Of a stretch of DNA of 10,637 nt, positions 7,645 to 10,637 are shown piece by piece. The translations under genes and the position numbers were made by a program. Position 1 is the stretch's first letter, and each line of letters starts with the position of its first letter. The notes under the pieces were generated by a model. The model saw only the letters and a list, made by a program, of their open reading frames with translations. It searched no databases and was not told the DNA's origin. The stretch is from a virus (Duplodnaviria; Heunggongvirae; Uroviricota; Caudoviricetes). Location of the stretch: IMG/VR virus record IMGVR_UViG_2698536379_000029; one strand, 5' to 3'.

Positions 7645-8817
7645 TTACGCGCTGACCTGGCTGGCGAAATTCACCAGGTACTGATCGGTGATGCGCTGGC
7701 GCAGCATCAGATTTTCAAGTGGCGGCACTGGCGTGTAGTCATAGTCGATGGTGAGTTTTCCGGCTTTCAGCGTGTCTTTGTCGTTCACCGACTCATCCAG
7801 CCAGCAATCACCACCAATGAGATAGCCCTGACTGACCAGGCTGCGTATTTTGGCGCGGATACCTTCGATAATGTCGCGGGCCAGCGACGGGTTAAGCGGT
7901 TTATCCACCGCCCACATGTGTGCTTCTGCCATTGTGTCCGTCAGCACCTGCGCCGTGCGGGTGTAGTTTTCGAAGGCAAAAAGCGGATCATCGCTCAGAC
8001 AGCGGGAACCCCAGAAGCGGAAACCGTCTTTACGCACAAGCGTGGTGACGTCGTTCTGGTTCAGCAGACCTGCATCGGTTGCCGGGTCCTGCAGATCCCA
8101 GAACACATCTGCAGAAATTCCGGTGACACCGTTCACGCCCACGTTGGACAGGCTTTTGTGCCACCCGGTCTGCTCATCAATTTTGGCACGCAGACCAAGT
8201 GCACGGGCGGTGGCATATGCCGTTGCTTCGGCATTCAGCACCGTGTCCCAGCCAGTAAAGTCGGGCCAGATCAGCATTCCTTCGCGCTGGCTGAAGTTTT
8301 CACGGTAAGTGATCGCCTCCTGTACCGTCTTGCAGCCATACGCTGACAGGTAAGCAAACCCACGCAGGCTTTGCGCCACGCTCAGCAACTCAGTCGCAAC
8401 GGCTTTGTTATCGTGACCTGGCACGCCGAGAATGCGCGGTTTAACGCCGAGCTGTGACTGGGCAGATAACAGAGCTTTCATGCCTGTTTTTTTACCTTCA
8501 GCAGTCACTGCGCCGATGATATTGGTCGTGGTTTCTTCTTCCGTTTCACCCTGCGGCACACGCACAACAACGGTCACGGGTTTTGCCTGGTCAGCGATGG
8601 CATCCAGCGAACGGGCCAGCGTGCCGGACTCACCCGCTTTACCGCTGGCAGTCAGCACATCAGTGATCAGCACAGGTTTGTTAAGAGGAAACATTTTTGC
8701 ATCGGCATCATCGCCCGTGCAGACCATGCCCACGATGGCGGTGCTCACCGTGGTAATGGATCGGGTGCCTTCGTTGACTTCAACAACGCGCACCCCGTGG
8801 TGGTAATCCTGAGCCAT
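7645..8817 (-). CDS. FI: Contractile tail sheath protein (P2 gpFI-like), 390 aa
   Basis: Length and sequence characteristic of Myoviridae sheath protein; strong SD (AGGAGG) 6-11 nt upstream of ATG 8817; first gene of the FI-FII-E-T-U-D operon. Confidence 0.9.
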   Translation of the reverse strand: MAQDYHHGVRVVEVNEGTRSITTVSTAIVGMVCTGDDADAKMFPLNKPVLITDVLTASGKAGESGTLARSLDAIADQAKPVTVVVRVPQGETEEETTTNIIGAVTAEGKKTGMKALLSAQSQLGVKPRILGVPGHDNKAVATELLSVAQSLRGFAYLSAYGCKTVQEAITYRENFSQREGMLIWPDFTGWDTVLNAEATAYATARALGLRAKIDEQTGWHKSLSNVGVNGVTGISADVFWDLQDPATDAGLLNQNDVTTLVRKDGFRFWGSRCLSDDPLFAFENYTRTAQVLTDTMAEAHMWAVDKPLNPSLARDIIEGIRAKIRSLVSQGYLIGGDCWLDESVNDKDTLKAGKLTIDYDYTPVPPLENLMLRQRITDQYLVNFASQVSA

Positions 8818-8893
8818 AGTGGCGAACCTCCTGATTGGATTAGGCTTCGCCCTATGTTGAAGTGATTGTGCCTGACAAACAGCTAAGCGCAGT

Positions 8894-8911
8894 TGTACCG
8901 TTATTCACACA
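8894..8911 (-). promoter_or_regulatory. Candidate Ogr-dependent late promoter element (TGT-N12-ACA dyad) for the FI operon
   Basis: TGT ACCGTTATTCAC ACA at 8894-8911, centred about 85 bp upstream of the FI ATG, compatible with the P2 late-promoter dyad centred near -55 plus a roughly 30-nt leader; no clear -10 identified. Confidence 0.35.
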
Positions 8912-8921
8912 AAATGACGGT

Positions 8922-9526
8922 ATTTGTCTACTTGCAGGGATAATCAAAATAATGCTGATTCAGGGGGATTCATTACTCTTATTTGCCGGAAATTTTCTAT
9001 AAATTGTGGAAACACCCACATCAAAAATCAGTGCAATACGCTGTCTTGATTCTCCGGCCTCGAGTAAACGCCCAATCTGTGCCCACTGTTCGGTGGTCAA
9101 CTTAGGACGGCGTCCACCTACTCTGCCTTTGGCACGAGCTGCAGCCAGCCCTGCCCTGGTACGTTCAACTATCAGTTCGCGTTCCATTTCAGCCAGGGCA
9201 CCCATGACATGAAAAAAGAAACGGCCCATTGGGGTACTGGTATCAATACTGTCAGTCAGGCTTCGGAAATTCACACCACGCTGGCGCAACTCCTCTATCA
9301 GCGTAACAAGATGCCGCATACTGCGCCCCAACCTGTCCAGCTTCCAGACAACCAGCGTGTCTCCTGCCGATAGTGTCCTGAGCAGCTTTTTCAGCCCCGG
9401 TCTGTCGGACTTAGTGCCACTGATTTTATCCTCAAAAATCCGCTCACATCCCGCGCAGTTCAGTGCATTACGTTGCAAATCGGTGTTCTGGTCATTTGTT
9501 GACACGCGTACATAGCCAATAAGCAT
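8922..9526. repeat. Direct repeat copy A (at least 605 bp, period 1111 bp)
   Basis: 8922..9526 is identical base for base to 10033..10637 in my reading; identity starts one base after a t/a mismatch at 8921/10032. Confidence 0.9.
8960..9526 (-). CDS. Site-specific DNA invertase, serine recombinase of the Pin/Gin/Cin/Hin family, 188 aa (copy 1)
   Basis: MLIGYVRVSTNDQNTDLQRNAL... with the catalytic Ser in the YVRVST motif and a C-terminal HTH (GVSTIYRKFPA); strongly resembles E. coli Pin / Mu Gin as I recall them. Two in-frame ATGs lie upstream (9532 and 9526); I chose 9526 by family alignment. Confidence 0.9.
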   Translation of the reverse strand: MLIGYVRVSTNDQNTDLQRNALNCAGCERIFEDKISGTKSDRPGLKKLLRTLSAGDTLVVWKLDRLGRSMRHLVTLIEELRQRGVNFRSLTDSIDTSTPMGRFFFHVMGALAEMERELIVERTRAGLAAARAKGRVGGRRPKLTTEQWAQIGRLLEAGESRQRIALIFDVGVSTIYRKFPANKSNESP

Positions 9527-9553
9527 GATCATCCCCCTGAATAAAAACCGGAG

Positions 9554-9952
9554 ATGATGCCAGTTAGCCGTTATCTCTGCATTTTCATAAACGTTGGTTT
9601 GGGAGAAGCGGCGAAAAGGGATGTGGGCACAGGAGATAATCAGATACCGGATATGGGAGCATTCGCTTCTGGTTCGGGATGGTTCAGGCTACCAGGTGGA
9701 TATATTGTTCAGTTTGGCACTTTTGCAGGAAACACGACCCGCTTTATCAGTGGACACTTCCCTATACCATTCCCTAATCAGCCGATGGTTTCAGTCAGTG
9801 TTATGTCTGATGCCGTTCAGTCAGACCCGTCGATTCCTGCCCCGCAGGTTTTGTCTGTAAATTTTGAACATATCAGTAATTCAGCGTGGCGTGTGGCAAC
9901 CAGTGATATCTCACAGCAATACAGATTCAGTTATATTTCGATAGGACGGTAG
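9554..9952 (+). CDS. Promoterless tail-fibre C-terminal (receptor-binding) cassette in silent orientation; true coding part probably begins at the crossover site
   Basis: ORF reads through the crossover site and away from the invertase; contains a tail-fibre-tip-like motif (GWFRLPGGYIVQFG); followed 2 bp later by the ATG of a tail-fibre assembly gene, the Sv'-U' arrangement of Mu/P1 invertible segments. It is on the opposite strand to the late operon, so not expressed as arranged. Confidence 0.45.
   Translation: MMPVSRYLCIFINVGLGEAAKRDVGTGDNQIPDMGAFASGSGWFRLPGGYIVQFGTFAGNTTRFISGHFPIPFPNQPMVSVSVMSDAVQSDPSIPAPQVLSVNFEHISNSAWRVATSDISQQYRFSYISIGR
9583..9608. other. Candidate 26-bp recombination crossover site (hix/gix/cix-like)
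   Basis: TTTTCATAAACG TT GGTTTGGGAGAA: two imperfect inverted 12-bp half-sites around a 2-bp core, fitting the pattern TT-TC--AAAC(C)--GGTTT--GA-AA; about 55 bp upstream of the invertase start, as for gixR-gin and cix-cin. Confidence 0.5.
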
Positions 9953-9954
9953 AA

Positions 9955-10113
9955 ATGCAGAAATATATTTTCAGTGCCGATAAAAATGCGTTTTTCCCTG
10001 TGGAGCTTAAAATCGCTTATCAGGAATCCGGAATTTGTCTACTTGCAGGGATAATCAAAATAATGCTGATTCAGGGGGATTCATTACTCTTATTTGCCGG
10101 AAATTTTCTATAA
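9955..10113 (+). pseudogene. Tail-fibre assembly protein (Tfa/gpG/U-like) 5' fragment, truncated at the duplication junction
   Basis: MQKYIFSADKNAFFPVELKIAYQESG... resembles Tfa N-termini; after codon 26 (position 10032/10033) the frame runs into the repeated invertase-downstream sequence and stops at 10113. Confidence 0.4.
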
Positions 10114-10637
10114 ATTGTGGAAACACCCACATCAAAAATCAGTGCAATACGCTGTCTTGATTCTCCGGCCTCGAGTAAACGCCCAATCTGTGCCCACTGT
10201 TCGGTGGTCAACTTAGGACGGCGTCCACCTACTCTGCCTTTGGCACGAGCTGCAGCCAGCCCTGCCCTGGTACGTTCAACTATCAGTTCGCGTTCCATTT
10301 CAGCCAGGGCACCCATGACATGAAAAAAGAAACGGCCCATTGGGGTACTGGTATCAATACTGTCAGTCAGGCTTCGGAAATTCACACCACGCTGGCGCAA
10401 CTCCTCTATCAGCGTAACAAGATGCCGCATACTGCGCCCCAACCTGTCCAGCTTCCAGACAACCAGCGTGTCTCCTGCCGATAGTGTCCTGAGCAGCTTT
10501 TTCAGCCCCGGTCTGTCGGACTTAGTGCCACTGATTTTATCCTCAAAAATCCGCTCACATCCCGCGCAGTTCAGTGCATTACGTTGCAAATCGGTGTTCT
10601 GGTCATTTGTTGACACGCGTACATAGCCAATAAGCAT
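10033..10637. repeat. Direct repeat copy B (truncated by the window end)
   Basis: See copy A; whether identity continues past 10637 (a full 1111-bp tandem unit) cannot be seen here. Confidence 0.9.
10071..10637 (-). CDS. Site-specific DNA invertase, Pin/Gin/Hin family, 188 aa (copy 2, identical to copy 1)
   Basis: Nucleotide-identical to 8960..9526; its ATG is the last three bases of the window (10635-10637). Confidence 0.85.
   Translation of the reverse strand: MLIGYVRVSTNDQNTDLQRNALNCAGCERIFEDKISGTKSDRPGLKKLLRTLSAGDTLVVWKLDRLGRSMRHLVTLIEELRQRGVNFRSLTDSIDTSTPMGRFFFHVMGALAEMERELIVERTRAGLAAARAKGRVGGRRPKLTTEQWAQIGRLLEAGESRQRIALIFDVGVSTIYRKFPANKSNESP

Noticed and set aside
7141-8346. Plus-strand ORFs (158, 98, 142 and 88 aa) within FII and FI
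   Set aside because: Antisense shadows of the tail tube and sheath genes; no independent support.
8922-8959. A second hix-like crossover site at the left edge of the duplicated unit
   Set aside because: TTGTCTACTTGCAGGGATAATCAAAA matches the TT-TC..GA-AA ends but lacks the central AAACC--GGTTT core, so the duplication breakpoint does not look like a site-specific recombination product.
9006-9212. 68-aa plus-strand ORF inside each invertase copy (also 10117..10323)
   Set aside because: Antisense to a clearly recognisable serine recombinase; present twice only because of the duplication.
8922-10637. Possibility that the two repeats are a CRISPR array or IS element ends
   Set aside because: Only two copies, each 605+ bp and containing a whole recombinase gene, in direct rather than inverted orientation, with no short spacers or terminal inverted repeats; the invertase is a serine recombinase, not a transposase.

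Overview
The window is an enterobacterial (E. coli-type) smpB-ssrA locus with a P2-like prophage integrated just downstream of the tmRNA gene; all calls rest on reading the sequence and recalled protein families, not on searches. Left to right: complete smpB (1..483, +), tmRNA gene ssrA (698..1060, +) with its ANDENYALAA tag frame and terminator, then an AT-rich two-domain ORF (1184..1666, +) that I read as a WYL-like domain fused to a BRCT domain, with no obvious phage-core role. The prophage late region follows on the minus strand in canonical P2 order: ogr (1693..1911), D (1980..3080), U (3077..3562), tape measure T (3559..6636), the chaperone pair E / E+E' (6763..7065 and 6629..7065, with a TTTTTTG -1 slippery site), tail tube FII (7120..7635) and tail sheath FI (7645..8817). 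Upstream of FI lies a tail-fibre variation module: a Pin/Gin/Hin-family serine invertase (8960..9526, -), a 26-bp hix/gix-like crossover site (9583..9608), a promoterless tail-fibre C-terminal cassette in silent orientation, and the 5' start of a tail-fibre assembly gene. That gene is cut off by a perfect direct repeat (8922..9526 = 10033..10637, period 1111 bp) that carries a second, identical invertase copy ending at the window edge. The two things most worth a second look are the WYL-BRCT cargo gene at the ssrA/prophage junction and the duplicated invertase / tail-fibre cassette region.
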